Numbered from the stretch's first letter, positions 1 to 10,591 are shown. The stretch is 64,000 bases of DNA from Parcubacteria group bacterium (GCA_041659065.1 JBAZYY010000003.1:20696-84695); one strand, 5' to 3'. Notes: generated by a model not told the origin, from the letters alone. Made by a program: numbers and translations.

Positions 1-240
1 CTTCAATTTCAAAAACAATATTGAAATTGCAGCTAGTTTGGCATATTAGTCTTTTCAACGCTTAATGTCAATTTAAAAGAAAATACAAAAAGGGCAAAAT
101 GCTTGAAATAAGTATTAAATGTTGGGGTGCTTTACACATCCGGCGCGGCCGTGATATAGACGTCAATGTTTTGTTTATACTGCCACCGCTAGGGCAAAAA
201 ACAAGCCCGGATATAGTAGATAAAAAACTGTCTCGAGAGG

Positions 241-783
241 TTAATTGTATTGTCTGCTTAGCACTTCATTCCACGAAGCCTTGAAGACAGATCCCATTAT
301 CTTTGGGTTGAAAACCAAAGCGTGGTTCAACCAGAAATCGAGCGCTTTTTTAAAATCATCACTGGTTTTATCTTTGATATGAGAAGGTTCATCCGGACAA
401 GGATAGCCGATATAGGCGGTCGAAAGATAATATTCTTTTTTCAAATCATCAAATTTAATCTCCACGGTCACGCAGTCGCAAGGGATACCTTTTGCGCCCA
501 TTGCTACCCGGGACGGGAATTTTCTTTCAAGCCTCAAAGCAAATGTTGTTTTTTGTTCAGGCGCGATTTTTTCTACTTCAATGAGTTTTGCTTCACCTAT
601 AGTTCTCCCCAAATTTATGGCTTCTTCGAAATACGTCGCGTTGTCAGGAATGACGATTTTTGAAATAGCCTCATTCATAAAGTCTAAAACATCCGGATGA
701 GCCAAAAAATGCTTTTTCCTTTCTTCTCTTAAATAAATATCTTTCCCGCAAGCTGTTTTGAATTTATCTTTTATATTCATCAT
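241..783 (-). CDS. hypothetical protein
   Basis: 180-aa ORF overlapping the stop of the upstream methyltransferase; no motif recognised. Confidence 0.7.
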   Translation of the reverse strand: MMNIKDKFKTACGKDIYLREERKKHFLAHPDVLDFMNEAISKIVIPDNATYFEEAINLGRTIGEAKLIEVEKIAPEQKTTFALRLERKFPSRVAMGAKGIPCDCVTVEIKFDDLKKEYYLSTAYIGYPCPDEPSHIKDKTSDDFKKALDFWLNHALVFNPKIMGSVFKASWNEVLSRQYN

Positions 784-1601
784 TTTTTTCTCTGCCTGCT
801 TATTTCATAAAGAATAATGGAAGTTGCGCAGGCGACGTTGAGCGAGCTTGCAAAACCCTGAACCGGAATTTTAATGACCGCATCGGCCATTTCTTTGTAG
901 GCTGTGCTTAATCCGGTCTTTTCATTCCCAATGAGAAGAATTGTCGGTTTTTTGAAATCATGATTATCAGCGATTTTGTCGCCGGTTTCATCTGTGGCGA
1001 CAATTTGCAAATCAGGCAGTTGTTTTTTGAGAGATGCGAGCCAAGCATCCAGCTCCTGATGCGAAGGAAGGCGGATTGAAGGAAAAGAGAAAAAGGAGCC
1101 GGTTGTGGCTCGGATGGTTTCCGGGTCATAAAGATCGACTGCGTGTCCGGTGAGGATAAGTCCGCTGGCGCCGAAGGCATCGCAAGAGCGTATTAAAGTT
1201 CCCAAGTTTCCGGGGCTCGATGGCCGGTCAAAAACCAGCGTCAGGAAATTTTCTTTTACGGGAATAGCGCTGGGATCATCGTTTCGCATATGAGCGACAG
1301 TGATGAGTTCGGAAATGTCTTCCTTAGCGCTTAGCTTTCGCATTAGTTTCAACGGGAGCTCGTAGTGAAAATTAGCTTGGGAGCTTCGGAGAACTCCGCT
1401 TGCCCAGCGAGACAGCTCTTTTTCCGGCGAATAAAGGAAAGCCTCAATTTTCCATTTTGACTGAAGGGCGTTCTTTATATTTCGGACACCCTCAAATATG
1501 AATTTTCTCTCTTTTTGCCTTTTCTGTCGATTTTCCTTGAGAGCCGAGAGGATTTGAAAAATATCATTCTCAGAATGAATTTTGATGGTTTTTGGACTCA
1601 T
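780..1601 (-). CDS. TrmH/SpoU family RNA methyltransferase
   Basis: SPOUT motifs PGNLGTLIRS, LLIGNEKTGLS, SSLNVACATSIILYE. Confidence 0.92.
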   Translation of the reverse strand: MSPKTIKIHSENDIFQILSALKENRQKRQKERKFIFEGVRNIKNALQSKWKIEAFLYSPEKELSRWASGVLRSSQANFHYELPLKLMRKLSAKEDISELITVAHMRNDDPSAIPVKENFLTLVFDRPSSPGNLGTLIRSCDAFGASGLILTGHAVDLYDPETIRATTGSFFSFPSIRLPSHQELDAWLASLKKQLPDLQIVATDETGDKIADNHDFKKPTILLIGNEKTGLSTAYKEMADAVIKIPVQGFASSLNVACATSIILYEISRQRKK

Positions 1602-1853
1602 AGTGTTAAAAAATATTTATTACTCATATAATCATAAAGATCGATAACATGCAACTTTAACTTTATATAATTTCGTTTCAAATATAAATCCCGAACTGTA
1701 AAAAAAATAATTACATAATTTTTGTCCGCCTATCGCAAAAAAGCGCCAGGGAAAAAAGCATAGAACGACGAAAATGAAAAAGGAAAAGCCGGGTTCCAAA
1801 TATTAACTTGGTTCCCGGCTAATCACGATTCTTGAAATATTTTTTCCCTTGGC

Positions 1854-2240
1854 TTACAGACCCTCGACTTTGGACTTATCGAGCTTTCTCCCTCCCGGAG
1901 GGAAAAAAATGATAATATCTTCCGAGATCCGCGAGCTGAGCTTCAGCCGATCGCCGGCACTGCCCAGGCTTGGGCCGATGTTACTCAAATCATACGCAGC
2001 GGGGTTCACTACGTACTCGAGTAAGTCGGCTTTTACCCATTTTATCGGCAGTGGAGGCCATCCTTCACCTTTGGCTAGCCATGCAAACCGGATGGTGAGC
2101 CTATCTTCCTCCAAGATGATGGATTCTATCTCACCGCGATATAAGCCCTCTTCTCTGCTTTGGATTTCTGCCTGACCGCTCTTGAATCCTGCGAACAACC
2201 GTAGCATCATACTCATCGTCTTTACACCCTCCTTAAACAA
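1854..2240 (-). CDS. hypothetical protein
   Basis: ~120-aa ORF; SD-like AAGGAGG upstream of an internal Met (~2217) suggests a later start. Confidence 0.6.
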   Translation of the reverse strand: MFKEGVKTMSMMLRLFAGFKSGQAEIQSREEGLYRGEIESIILEEDRLTIRFAWLAKGEGWPPLPIKWVKADLLEYVVNPAAYDLSNIGPSLGSAGDRLKLSSRISEDIIIFFPPGGRKLDKSKVEGL

Positions 2241-2488
2241 CTAGATTGATTACCATGAATCTTCATGGCGAGATTTATTAATTTATTGAGGTCAATCCCA
2301 TAAATTGATGACGTTTGAAATTAGCATATCTGAATTTAATAGTCAACAATCCTGCAAAATAAATCTTAGCAACAAAAAAACCGCCAGGGCAGAAAACAAG
2401 CTCGTAAAGATAAAGCAAAAACCGCCTAAGGTTAGGCGATTTTCGGGTTTTAAAAAAAAGAGAGGCGCATGCCCCTCTCTTTTCACTA

Positions 2489-2899
2489 TTAGCTCCGGTT
2501 GTCGCAGACGCCATCTCCGTCTTTATCAACAAAATTTGTTCTGTTGCTCCTGTTCATTCCCTGGCCGTTTCCTTGGCCCAATCCGAGCTCTGCTCGGATC
2601 TTATTGGCTTCGTCATATTTTTTTTCGAGCATTAGCTTACGCATTTCAGCGAAGCGCGAGAAATTTTGTTCATTGACGACCTCCGTCACTCTCCCTCGCC
2701 CGTTCATCTGTTCCTTCCAGGCGCTATAATCGTTGCTTTCAAAAGCTTTTTGCATCTCCGTGCGCCTCTCCGGGCTGTAGTTGGGACCGGTTTGGTCCGG
2801 ATTTCCCCGATAAGCAAGCGCTGTTTGGGATATGGCGAAAGCCCCTGCAATTCCCGCAACTGCGATTGCACTCATTGCGATATATTTATTCTTCATCAT
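2489..2899 (-). CDS. secreted hypothetical protein
   Basis: Signal peptide; C-terminal DKDGDGVCD Ca-binding-like motif; downstream of ECF/anti-sigma pair. Confidence 0.7.
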   Translation of the reverse strand: MMKNKYIAMSAIAVAGIAGAFAISQTALAYRGNPDQTGPNYSPERRTEMQKAFESNDYSAWKEQMNGRGRVTEVVNEQNFSRFAEMRKLMLEKKYDEANKIRAELGLGQGNGQGMNRSNRTNFVDKDGDGVCDNRS

Positions 2900-2964
2900 T
2901 TTTTCTTAATTATTATTGGCCGGCTCTGGTATATAAAACGAAAGCTTTCCAGATTGTTTTCAAA

Positions 2965-3747
2965 TCATTTCTGCCGTCCGTTCATCATTCCTTTTGGCCC
3001 GTCTGGATTATTTCCGTCTTCGCTCTTCGCGCCCATATTTCCATTCATAGGCCCTTTGCCTTGCCAGGGACGAATTTCATCGGCTTTGAAGGTTTGGTTG
3101 TTTTGGGCTTGGCCGATTGTCTTTATCATTTTGCCGGATTCAAGGCGCACTGATGGCCGCACGACGGTTTTCTCATCAATCAAAATTTGCCAGTCCTTTC
3201 CCGAAAGATCCTGAAGTTCAACCGAGTTTTCCGAAACAGAGTTGATCGTCCCGGCCAACAATCCAATTTCGGGCTGGGACCATTGGGATTCTTTTGTCGT
3301 GATCAATCTGTCATAACCCGGAAAGTCATGCATCATCGCTCCGTTTATTTTTCCTCCGAAACCGGCTAAAGTCGTCAGGGTTCCAAAGGCCAATATTATT
3401 CCTAAGGCCGCCGCAATAATTTTCAAAAAATTATACCTGTATCCCTGCTCGGTTTTGCGCAGGGCAAAGAACGCCAAGAAGACTATGACTATAAATGGGA
3501 CTATCCAAAGGTAGGGGATAAGGGACAGATAGTAGGAGAGCGGGAAGCTAGGCATGGCGGCAGAAAGATCCCAATCCAGCTGCGACAAGAGAAAATACAC
3601 AACAGAAGAAACGGCGGCGCCAAAAAGCGCGACAGCGAAAAATGACAGCCAAGCTGAATATTTTTTTGCCAAGTACTTCCAGCGTGGCTCGGGCCGGATG
3701 CGTTCGTCTTTAATCTTTTTAATTGTATCCGCGATTATATTTCGCAT
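2965..3747 (-). CDS. membrane protein, putative anti-sigma factor
   Basis: Three TM segments plus C-terminal beta-rich domain, directly after an ECF sigma gene; start may be 3771. Confidence 0.6.
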   Translation of the reverse strand: MRNIIADTIKKIKDERIRPEPRWKYLAKKYSAWLSFFAVALFGAAVSSVVYFLLSQLDWDLSAAMPSFPLSYYLSLIPYLWIVPFIVIVFLAFFALRKTEQGYRYNFLKIIAAALGIILAFGTLTTLAGFGGKINGAMMHDFPGYDRLITTKESQWSQPEIGLLAGTINSVSENSVELQDLSGKDWQILIDEKTVVRPSVRLESGKMIKTIGQAQNNQTFKADEIRPWQGKGPMNGNMGAKSEDGNNPDGPKGMMNGRQK

Positions 3748-3751
3748 AGGC

Positions 3752-4351
3752 TTATTTATCAAAACAATCAATGCCTTCCTTTTTCATATTAGCCAAGAGC
3801 ATTTCCCGGCCGCGGGCTATCAGGGTCGCGACCGAGCCCTTGGGTTTTCTCAATATATCCATAATCTCTTCATAGCTTTTTTCTTCAAGGAAGCGAAGCA
3901 CTAAAATATCTTTGTATTTGAGCGGCAATTTTTCCAGGCAAACTTTCATTTTCTCCAGGCAGTCTTTGGATCCAAGCTCCTTCGCCATGTCCGTTTTTGA
4001 TTTCAGCAGCTTTGCCAGTTCATATTCTTCGAGTGAATTGGTTTTGGGTCTGGCGCTGGTTTTGCGGAAAAAATCTATTATGTGATTATGCGTAATTCGG
4101 TAGGCCCAGCTGGAAAATTTCAAAAGTTCGTTGTACTCGTTTAATTTTTGGTAAATCTTAATGAAAACTTCCTGCAGCAGATCCTCGGCATCTTCTTTGG
4201 GAAGTTGCGTAAGGCGGCGGATATAATGAAACAGCGGAATCTGATACCGCTTCATAAGAAGGCCGAAAGACTCAGGATCGATTTTTGCCAATTCGATCAA
4301 TTCGGCATCAGATTTTTCATTTTCTGTGGCGGTCAAATGCTGATTATCCAT
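3752..4351 (-). CDS. ECF RNA polymerase sigma-70 factor
   Basis: Region 2 (DAEDLLQEVFIK, FSSWAYRI) and region 4 (SYEEI...GSVATLIARG). Confidence 0.93.
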   Translation of the reverse strand: MDNQHLTATENEKSDAELIELAKIDPESFGLLMKRYQIPLFHYIRRLTQLPKEDAEDLLQEVFIKIYQKLNEYNELLKFSSWAYRITHNHIIDFFRKTSARPKTNSLEEYELAKLLKSKTDMAKELGSKDCLEKMKVCLEKLPLKYKDILVLRFLEEKSYEEIMDILRKPKGSVATLIARGREMLLANMKKEGIDCFDK

Positions 4352-4505
4352 GGATTAGCGCTGCAACAAGATAATACGATTTTTATGCTATTTGTTTTCG
4401 AAATGTATTCAGAATAAAAACCGCCATAACGAAACGGCTTTTTGAGGTACAAAAAAAGACCGTTCTCGGTCAGCGAGCTGCGCAGAGCAAAAAAAGGCCT
4501 AGATC

Positions 4506-4699
4506 CTAACTGCGCTTTACCTTGTTGGGACAATAAACACTCATTCTGCCTTTGGGATAGGTCTTGCGGCACTTCGGACATGGCTTCTTAAGCATGTTTG
4601 GGCCCCAAATCCTCCTGCCTGTCCAGCCGCACGGGCACACATGATCCGAACCCTTTTCCATCCGTAGCCTTCTTTTTTGAGCTCTTCCTGCATGGTCAT
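4506..4699 (-). CDS. small Cys-rich (Zn-ribbon-like) protein, start uncertain or frameshifted
   Basis: HVCPCGW...PCPKC motifs; the SD-preceded ATG at ~4699 is in a different frame. Confidence 0.35.
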
Positions 4700-4778
4700 A
4701 GTCGATACCTCTTTCGCCAGCGGCGTTTCTCGTGCTCAATGTCAAGTTTGCCTTCTCGGTTAGCGGTGTAAGCTGATA

Positions 4779-5180
4779 CTACAGCTTACTGAGATAGGCA
4801 GCGATTTTGATTAAGGCAAGGCCGAAAATCATCCGGAAAAAGTAGGAGACACATCTTCTGCTTAATTTCCAGTGGAACCCGATTTTACAGGGAATGTTTC
4901 TGGCCTTTGCCCATGGCTTGATGTTTAACAGAGTAAGAATATGGAAGAGATTGAAATAATCGACATATTTTTCAAGCTGCCATAGCTTGTCCTCTCCCCC
5001 GGTGAAGTCCAACTCGATGGTGATCATGCCATCCAAGCAGATGATGCTGTGAACTTCAAGAGTGTAGGTCAGATCTCTCTCGGCAGTTATCCAGTTTTTA
5101 ACCGGGAGAAAAACTTTTTCTTTTTTCCAGTTATTGAGACAATATAAACCCTCCGCGCCGGATCCGGATTGGTCGGTCAT
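4779..5180 (-). CDS. hypothetical protein
   Basis: ORF with GGAGG SD before MTDQ; no motif. Confidence 0.5.
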   Translation of the reverse strand: MTDQSGSGAEGLYCLNNWKKEKVFLPVKNWITAERDLTYTLEVHSIICLDGMITIELDFTGGEDKLWQLEKYVDYFNLFHILTLLNIKPWAKARNIPCKIGFHWKLSRRCVSYFFRMIFGLALIKIAAYLSKL

Positions 5181-5307
5181 AGTTTCCTCCAAGGAAAAGT
5201 TGAATGAACTGTAGCTAGAAATAATAATATGACCAATTTTCTTTGTCAAACAAAAAACCGCCTTTTAGGGCGTTTTCATTCATTTAAATTACTATAAAAA
5301 GACCAAA

Positions 5308-5670
5308 TCACTCCTTCTCAAGCCAGCCCGCGAGAAAGAATCCGCCGATAATGAAGGCTACTCCGGAAATTTGGAGCGACCAAACGAGTGCCATTCTCCA
5401 GTCATCCGCGCCGCGAATAGCGAGGAAAATATAGAGAAGGCCAGCTAGGATGAAAACGACGGCTCCCACAAGCTCGCGCTTCCAAGCAACGGCCAGAACC
5501 GCAATCAAAACAAAAACTGGAATGTTGTGGATAAGGAAACCTGCCAACGTTTCCCAAAAACCGGCTCCCGTACCGAAAACATCCAAAGAGAACAGCGCCA
5601 AAAAAGCGATGAAAATTATGGAGAGGATTCTTGGAGTCCAAAATACGAATTTACTGATTTTATTTTTCAT
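5308..5670 (-). CDS. four-TM membrane protein
   Basis: Hydrophobic 120-aa ORF (WTPRILSI...FLIHNIP). Confidence 0.75.
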   Translation of the reverse strand: MKNKISKFVFWTPRILSIIFIAFLALFSLDVFGTGAGFWETLAGFLIHNIPVFVLIAVLAVAWKRELVGAVVFILAGLLYIFLAIRGADDWRMALVWSLQISGVAFIIGGFFLAGWLEKE

Positions 5671-5726
5671 ACTTACGCCTCAATTATATCGCGAGCCCGC
5701 AATCTGCAGCGAATACTTTTTGGACA

Positions 5727-6029
5727 TCAATTCCAGATTAAAAGGAATTCGCATCCCGCAGGGCCGGCTTTGAGAAAATGTTTCGAGCCTTTTTTGTTTA
5801 TAATCAGATCTCCTTTGCCATACTTATGATTTTCATCAGACATGCTTCCTTTTAAGATATAGTTATATCTCGTATCCGTGTGCACATGCCGCGTAATATA
5901 TTTCCCGGGCTTAATTTTCAGGATAGAAATCTTCAATCCGCCTTTGCCCGCGAGGCACTCTCTTTCAAAAACATCCCTCTGTATTTCCTTCCATTTGATA
6001 GCAGTTGTTTTGATGTACTTATCTTTCAT
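5727..6029 (-). CDS. cupin domain protein
   Basis: PG...HVH...YILKG...GD...H cupin pattern. Confidence 0.8.
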   Translation of the reverse strand: MKDKYIKTTAIKWKEIQRDVFERECLAGKGGLKISILKIKPGKYITRHVHTDTRYNYILKGSMSDENHKYGKGDLIINKKGSKHFLKAGPAGCEFLLIWN

Positions 6030-6100
6030 TTTTTTGATATGGTTAATTTTTTAGTTGGCTTGATGTTTTGTTGTGCCATTTTTATAATCTCCGATTTTTC

Positions 6101-6125
6101 TAGAGGCCTCTATAGAAGCTTCTAT
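6101..6125 (-). repeat. double-palindrome intergenic repeat, copy 1
   Basis: TAGAGGCCTCTA-TAGAAGCTTCTA; six further copies up to 19.3 kb. Confidence 0.9.
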
Positions 6126-6126
6126 C

Positions 6127-6915
6127 TCAGTGGATAAATTTCTTCGGGTAATTTCCTCTTATTTCGACTGATATTTTTTTGTCTTCGATATCAACTATGG
6201 AATACGCCTGGCTTGGCACCCCTTTATCATCTTCATTTTCCACCAAAGATTGAACGGTGAAATACGGAATGGAATCATGCAGGTGCATCCTGTTCCAATG
6301 CAAATGACTATTGAATACGGCGATTACTTTTTTTGATTTTGAAAGTATGCTTCTGATTTCTTTTCTGTTCATTATGAGACATTTTTCGGGTTTCCCTTCG
6401 AAAAATGGATTTCCCGTGAGATTTTGTTCAGCCAAACCGTAATGGACGAAGACTAAGCATTGTTTTTCTGTTTCTTCTAAATCTTTCTGGAGCCATTTTT
6501 TCTGTTCATCGGAAATATAAAAACGGATTTTGTCAGCGAATCTTTTTGAAAACAATACTATAAAATGAAAGCGCCCTAAATCAAAGGAATAATACAATTT
6601 TTTTTGATTGAATGATTTGGCTAAATCATCCTCCGCTATATTTTTCAAATCATGATTTCCCGCCACATAATAGACGGGACAGTCCAATCCGTTCAATGAT
6701 TCGATAATATAATCGAGATTATCCTTATCTTTTATCGGATTTTCATCCTGAATTAAATCTCCCAGAGCGATGACCAGCTTCGGTTTGACGTTTTCCTTCA
6801 TTTCTTTGATAAAGTTGCCGAGCAACGTTTTCGCCTCTTTATTCACTTTGCGGAGAATGCCCTTGTGGTATTCTTCGGGACCCATGTGGATGTCGGTAAT
6901 AATCGCAAATTTCAT
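6127..6915 (-). CDS. metallophosphoesterase (calcineurin-like)
   Basis: DIH, GDLI, GNHD, HY, SHLH motifs. Confidence 0.9.
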   Translation of the reverse strand: MKFAIITDIHMGPEEYHKGILRKVNKEAKTLLGNFIKEMKENVKPKLVIALGDLIQDENPIKDKDNLDYIIESLNGLDCPVYYVAGNHDLKNIAEDDLAKSFNQKKLYYSFDLGRFHFIVLFSKRFADKIRFYISDEQKKWLQKDLEETEKQCLVFVHYGLAEQNLTGNPFFEGKPEKCLIMNRKEIRSILSKSKKVIAVFNSHLHWNRMHLHDSIPYFTVQSLVENEDDKGVPSQAYSIVDIEDKKISVEIRGNYPKKFIH

Positions 6916-6919
6916 ATAT

Positions 6920-7369
6920 TTATTTCTGTCCCCAATCAATAAGTTCCGTGAATCTTAGATAAAAACCGAACGGATCAACCATCCGAAAATCTTTCCAGGT
7001 GTGCCCGTGATCCTCGAGTTCCCTCAAATCGCGTACTATATATTCCTGAAGATACTGCGACACCATTTTATATATTCCATCTATATCATCGGTAGTTATG
7101 GTTATTTCCGTCGCATATCCTCTTCTTGTTTCTTTGGGAAATTGTTTGAAAAATGACTGATTATAAACCCGCTCATCGCCGCCATAAAAATTGAGCATGG
7201 TGTTTCCCAATTTATCTTGGCGAGTCATCGTCAAATAACCCAACTCTTTTTCATTGAGTTTATCCTCCATGCTGACCGTGAAGCCGAGCTTCGAATAAAA
7301 ATCTTTCACAACGCGAAGATCGGGAACATGCAACTCTATGACTAAATTGTTTCTGATGGGATTTTTCAT
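6920..7369 (-). CDS. VOC/glyoxalase family protein
   Basis: V.DL....DFYSKLGF and F...DPFGFYLRF patterns; likely start MKNPIR. Confidence 0.8.
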   Translation of the reverse strand: MKNPIRNNLVIELHVPDLRVVKDFYSKLGFTVSMEDKLNEKELGYLTMTRQDKLGNTMLNFYGGDERVYNQSFFKQFPKETRRGYATEITITTDDIDGIYKMVSQYLQEYIVRDLRELEDHGHTWKDFRMVDPFGFYLRFTELIDWGQK

Positions 7370-7382
7370 ATTTTCTATTGAA

Positions 7383-7444
7383 TTATTTCTTCCGCCAATC
7401 ACTGATCTCGACTTTGCCGTTCCCTTTGTCTTTCACAACCAGCT
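7383..7444 (-). pseudogene. 3' remnant of the AbrB-like gene (LVVKDKGNGKVEISDWRKK*)
   Basis: Closely matches the 3' end of the intact ORF at 11440-11610 at both DNA and protein level. Confidence 0.85.
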
Positions 7445-7473
7445 ATTTTTATTTTTAGACGTTGTTTTAATTT

Positions 7474-8121
7474 TCATTTCTGAGTCATTTTTTCTAATAC
7501 GGACAATATGTTTCTACTGATTAATTTGTGTCCCTTCTGATTGGCGTGCAAGCCATCGCGGTAAAGATATTTTTTCTTCCATTCTTCCTCAACCGTGTCA
7601 ACACCGACGAAAGTTATTTCTCTCTCTTCGCAAAGTTGCTTTGCACGAGATTCAAATTTTTGCTTTCTTTCGTTTGTGAAATAGGATTTTCCGCCATCAA
7701 ATGGGCTGATCTTTGGGCATGTTTTTGCTTCGTCGTAAAATCCTCCGCCTACAAAAATCACTTCACTACTAAGCTTCCTTAGAAGATCAAGCAGGTCTGA
7801 CATCTCATCGGTGTATTGTTCTATAGTAGAAAGAAAATTATTCGGCTGGCCTACAGCTCTCGCGTTATTGCCCCCTATTGAAACGATGGTAATTATTTTC
7901 CCGCCCCGTCCGTAATCATTCAGCTGCTGGGGAAAAGTACTCGCGACGAAATCAATCGTAGCTCCGGATTTTCCAAAATTATAAATCTCGTATTTCTCGC
8001 CGACTCCATCCTTCGAATACATCTTTTTGTGAAGACCTTGTTTCACCAAATCGGCCCAACCTCCATTTTCCGCACCGACGCCATAAACGCTACTAGAGCC
8101 GAGTATAAATATCGGGATCAT
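7474..8121 (-). CDS. SGNH/GDSL hydrolase
   Basis: ILGSSSVYG, GKSG, IGGNN, DGLHAN blocks. Confidence 0.88.
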   Translation of the reverse strand: MIPIFILGSSSVYGVGAENGGWADLVKQGLHKKMYSKDGVGEKYEIYNFGKSGATIDFVASTFPQQLNDYGRGGKIITIVSIGGNNARAVGQPNNFLSTIEQYTDEMSDLLDLLRKLSSEVIFVGGGFYDEAKTCPKISPFDGGKSYFTNERKQKFESRAKQLCEEREITFVGVDTVEEEWKKKYLYRDGLHANQKGHKLISRNILSVLEKMTQK

Positions 8122-8135
8122 TTAAGTGTTTTGAT

Positions 8136-8783
8136 TTAAAAATTAAAATTATCAAAATTTTCTGTGATACTCCTTATGGATTCATTGGATATCTCGGCGA
8201 GAGGAATACTCACTTTTTCTTGGATTTGTTTCTCAATGATTCGAACCGCTTCAACAAGTTCGGGATAGTCCGGACGACTACTGTAATGAGATGATCTTTT
8301 TCTGAGTTCTTCAAGCCGGTCTTCCAAAGCTTCCACTCCATTCGGAGCAACTCTTAAGTCGGCATATAGCAAAATTTTGGGATACCAATTATTTCCCGCA
8401 GCCGTTTCTTTTGATCTGCCGAAAGATTTGTTGAGAATTGTCTGAATTACTAGATCATTAACTTTGAGCTCGGTGAGCATCTTTCCGGTGGCTGCGTGAT
8501 CATCTCGGCCATATTTTCCGATCATCTCTTTCTGGATATTTTTCCAATACTCTACATTTTCACCCTCATTCGTCAAAATTTCCGGAAATTTTTCCAGGTC
8601 AAATTTTACAACGTTTCCCAAGTCATGGAGTAGGGCGGATTTTATTAGAATGTCCCAATCTATTTCCGCCGAATAATCATGCCAGCGGTTTTGAATAAAC
8701 GAAACAACTTTCGCAACGGTCAGCATATGCCTCGCAAGATTCGGGGGAATATTGAATTTTTTATAGATATCAACTATTTCCAT
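8136..8783 (-). CDS. HD-domain phosphohydrolase
   Basis: RHML...ALLHDLG...H...YAD. Confidence 0.85.
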   Translation of the reverse strand: MEIVDIYKKFNIPPNLARHMLTVAKVVSFIQNRWHDYSAEIDWDILIKSALLHDLGNVVKFDLEKFPEILTNEGENVEYWKNIQKEMIGKYGRDDHAATGKMLTELKVNDLVIQTILNKSFGRSKETAAGNNWYPKILLYADLRVAPNGVEALEDRLEELRKRSSHYSSRPDYPELVEAVRIIEKQIQEKVSIPLAEISNESIRSITENFDNFNF

Positions 8784-8833
8784 TTCTTTTTAGATGAATT
8801 CTCCTCTCCTACTTTTTCCGCCAATCGCCGACA

Positions 8834-9541
8834 CTATTTTGCCATAGCTTTCTTCCTCAAGTCCTCGGGCATTTTTTCAATCGCATAGCGGAGTGCCGTG
8901 CGGGGCATTTTCGCCTTGTTTTTCATGACATAACGAAAAACCTCCTTTTGATGCGCTTGGCTCGCGGCTTTGAGCATCCAACCGTATCCCTTCTGCACCA
9001 GATCCTCCTTGTCGAGAAGAAGAATATTGGCAATCTCAAAGATGTCTTTCAAAAAATTTCCCTGCCGCGCCGGAATGATGAGCGAAACCGCCGAAGCGCG
9101 GCGCATCCAAAGATTTCTTGACCGAGCCCACTTTTTCAAATTTGCCAAATATTCCGGATACATGCTAATAAAATCACCAACCGTATGGTTGCAGAGCGTA
9201 TCACAAGCTGCCCAGTTGCGCACATATTCTTTCACCCATTTTTCAAAAACTTTGAAATCCTTTGGCTCGAAATCTTTGCGAAGAAGATAGGACCAGTGGC
9301 AGGCGACAAAAGATTCTTCCATATAGCCGGACTGCCACAAATCTTCGCACAAAGCGAAAATGTCCGATTTTCTTCGGCTTTCAATGTCCTTGAAAAAATC
9401 CTTCGCTATCCGGGCGGTAACGGCGGATTTCACTCCGTATAATTTCACTGCTTCCTTGAAAAAACGCTCGCCGCTTTTTTTCGTTTTCAAATCAGAATTC
9501 TTTTTGAGTTCCAAGCGAATTTTTTTGAGGACATTATTCAT
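8834..9541 (-). CDS. DNA alkylation repair protein (AlkD-like)
   Basis: NWAACD, NLWMRRAS, DLVQKGYGWMLK, ALRYAIEK. Confidence 0.88.
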   Translation of the reverse strand: MNNVLKKIRLELKKNSDLKTKKSGERFFKEAVKLYGVKSAVTARIAKDFFKDIESRRKSDIFALCEDLWQSGYMEESFVACHWSYLLRKDFEPKDFKVFEKWVKEYVRNWAACDTLCNHTVGDFISMYPEYLANLKKWARSRNLWMRRASAVSLIIPARQGNFLKDIFEIANILLLDKEDLVQKGYGWMLKAASQAHQKEVFRYVMKNKAKMPRTALRYAIEKMPEDLRKKAMAK

Positions 9542-9590
9542 ATATTCAAAGAATAATTTTATTCTATTATTTCTTTATAGCAGCAGAGAT

Positions 9591-10553
9591 TTAGCCTTGT
9601 TTTAGGCCAAGCTTTCCTTGCCGGAAAAAATATTCATTTTCTTTTGAATTATTTTTTTCCACTATTTTTTGATAGTTCGCCAACAAAATATGCATCGCAT
9701 GTGCCAGTTTAATATAGACAGGAAGAGCTTCTAATTCTCTGGCGGTTAATTTTATTTTCTTTTGGTATTCTTTCAGCGCAAGTTTAAGGTTTTCTTCACT
9801 CTTTGATTTACTATCCTCATCAAAAAACAGATTGCAAGTCAAGACGGCAAGCTCTTGAACGCGAGGATAATAGCCTGATACTGAAAAATCAATAATCCAA
9901 ATCTTTCCATGCTTATCTTTCATTACATTTGGTTTGATGATATCTCCGTGAATAAAGCAGTGAGGCAGTTTTTCAATTTGCAACTTTTTAAATTCCTTCA
10001 TGAGCGGCGCCACTATTTTCAAATCTCCTGGTTTCAAGTATTTTCCCTTTTTCCTGAATTCTTTGGCGAAATTTATAATTGCCCAGGAATCATAAATAGA
10101 CTTTGGCTTTATTTTTAGGGAATTTATCAATGCGGCTTGCCGAGTTATAAACTTGATCTCATTCGGATTGACTTTCTGTTTCGAACGCAAAAAATCTTCT
10201 CCATCCACATATTCCATAACGCAAAGCCTTAATTTTGTATTATTTATTTTTACTTCATATAAATAACCTTGCTTGGATTTTAATAGCTTTGGAACGGCAA
10301 CGCCCTGATCAATAACTTTTGACATGATATCTATGATCCCGCTGCAATCCTTTTCAGTCCTAAAATTGGCAAATATTTTCACAAAATAGCTCGACCTGGT
10401 TGTTTTCAAAACGTAATTAAAATCTTCATAACCGACGGTTACCAACTTATTGGATACAAAATCACCAAGTTTAAAATTCTGGCAGATATCAAAAGACACA
10501 TCTTCCAATTTTCCTTTGTATCCAATTCTTTGAAAAAATTTCTCCGTATTCAT
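9591..10553 (-). CDS. APH/homoserine kinase type II-like phosphotransferase
   Basis: YFVKIF, HGDIIKPNVM, IIDF. Confidence 0.85.
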   Translation of the reverse strand: MNTEKFFQRIGYKGKLEDVSFDICQNFKLGDFVSNKLVTVGYEDFNYVLKTTRSSYFVKIFANFRTEKDCSGIIDIMSKVIDQGVAVPKLLKSKQGYLYEVKINNTKLRLCVMEYVDGEDFLRSKQKVNPNEIKFITRQAALINSLKIKPKSIYDSWAIINFAKEFRKKGKYLKPGDLKIVAPLMKEFKKLQIEKLPHCFIHGDIIKPNVMKDKHGKIWIIDFSVSGYYPRVQELAVLTCNLFFDEDSKSKSEENLKLALKEYQKKIKLTARELEALPVYIKLAHAMHILLANYQKIVEKNNSKENEYFFRQGKLGLKQG

Positions 10554-10591
10554 AATTTATTTCCTCTTCCAATCGCGGATTTTAAATCTAG

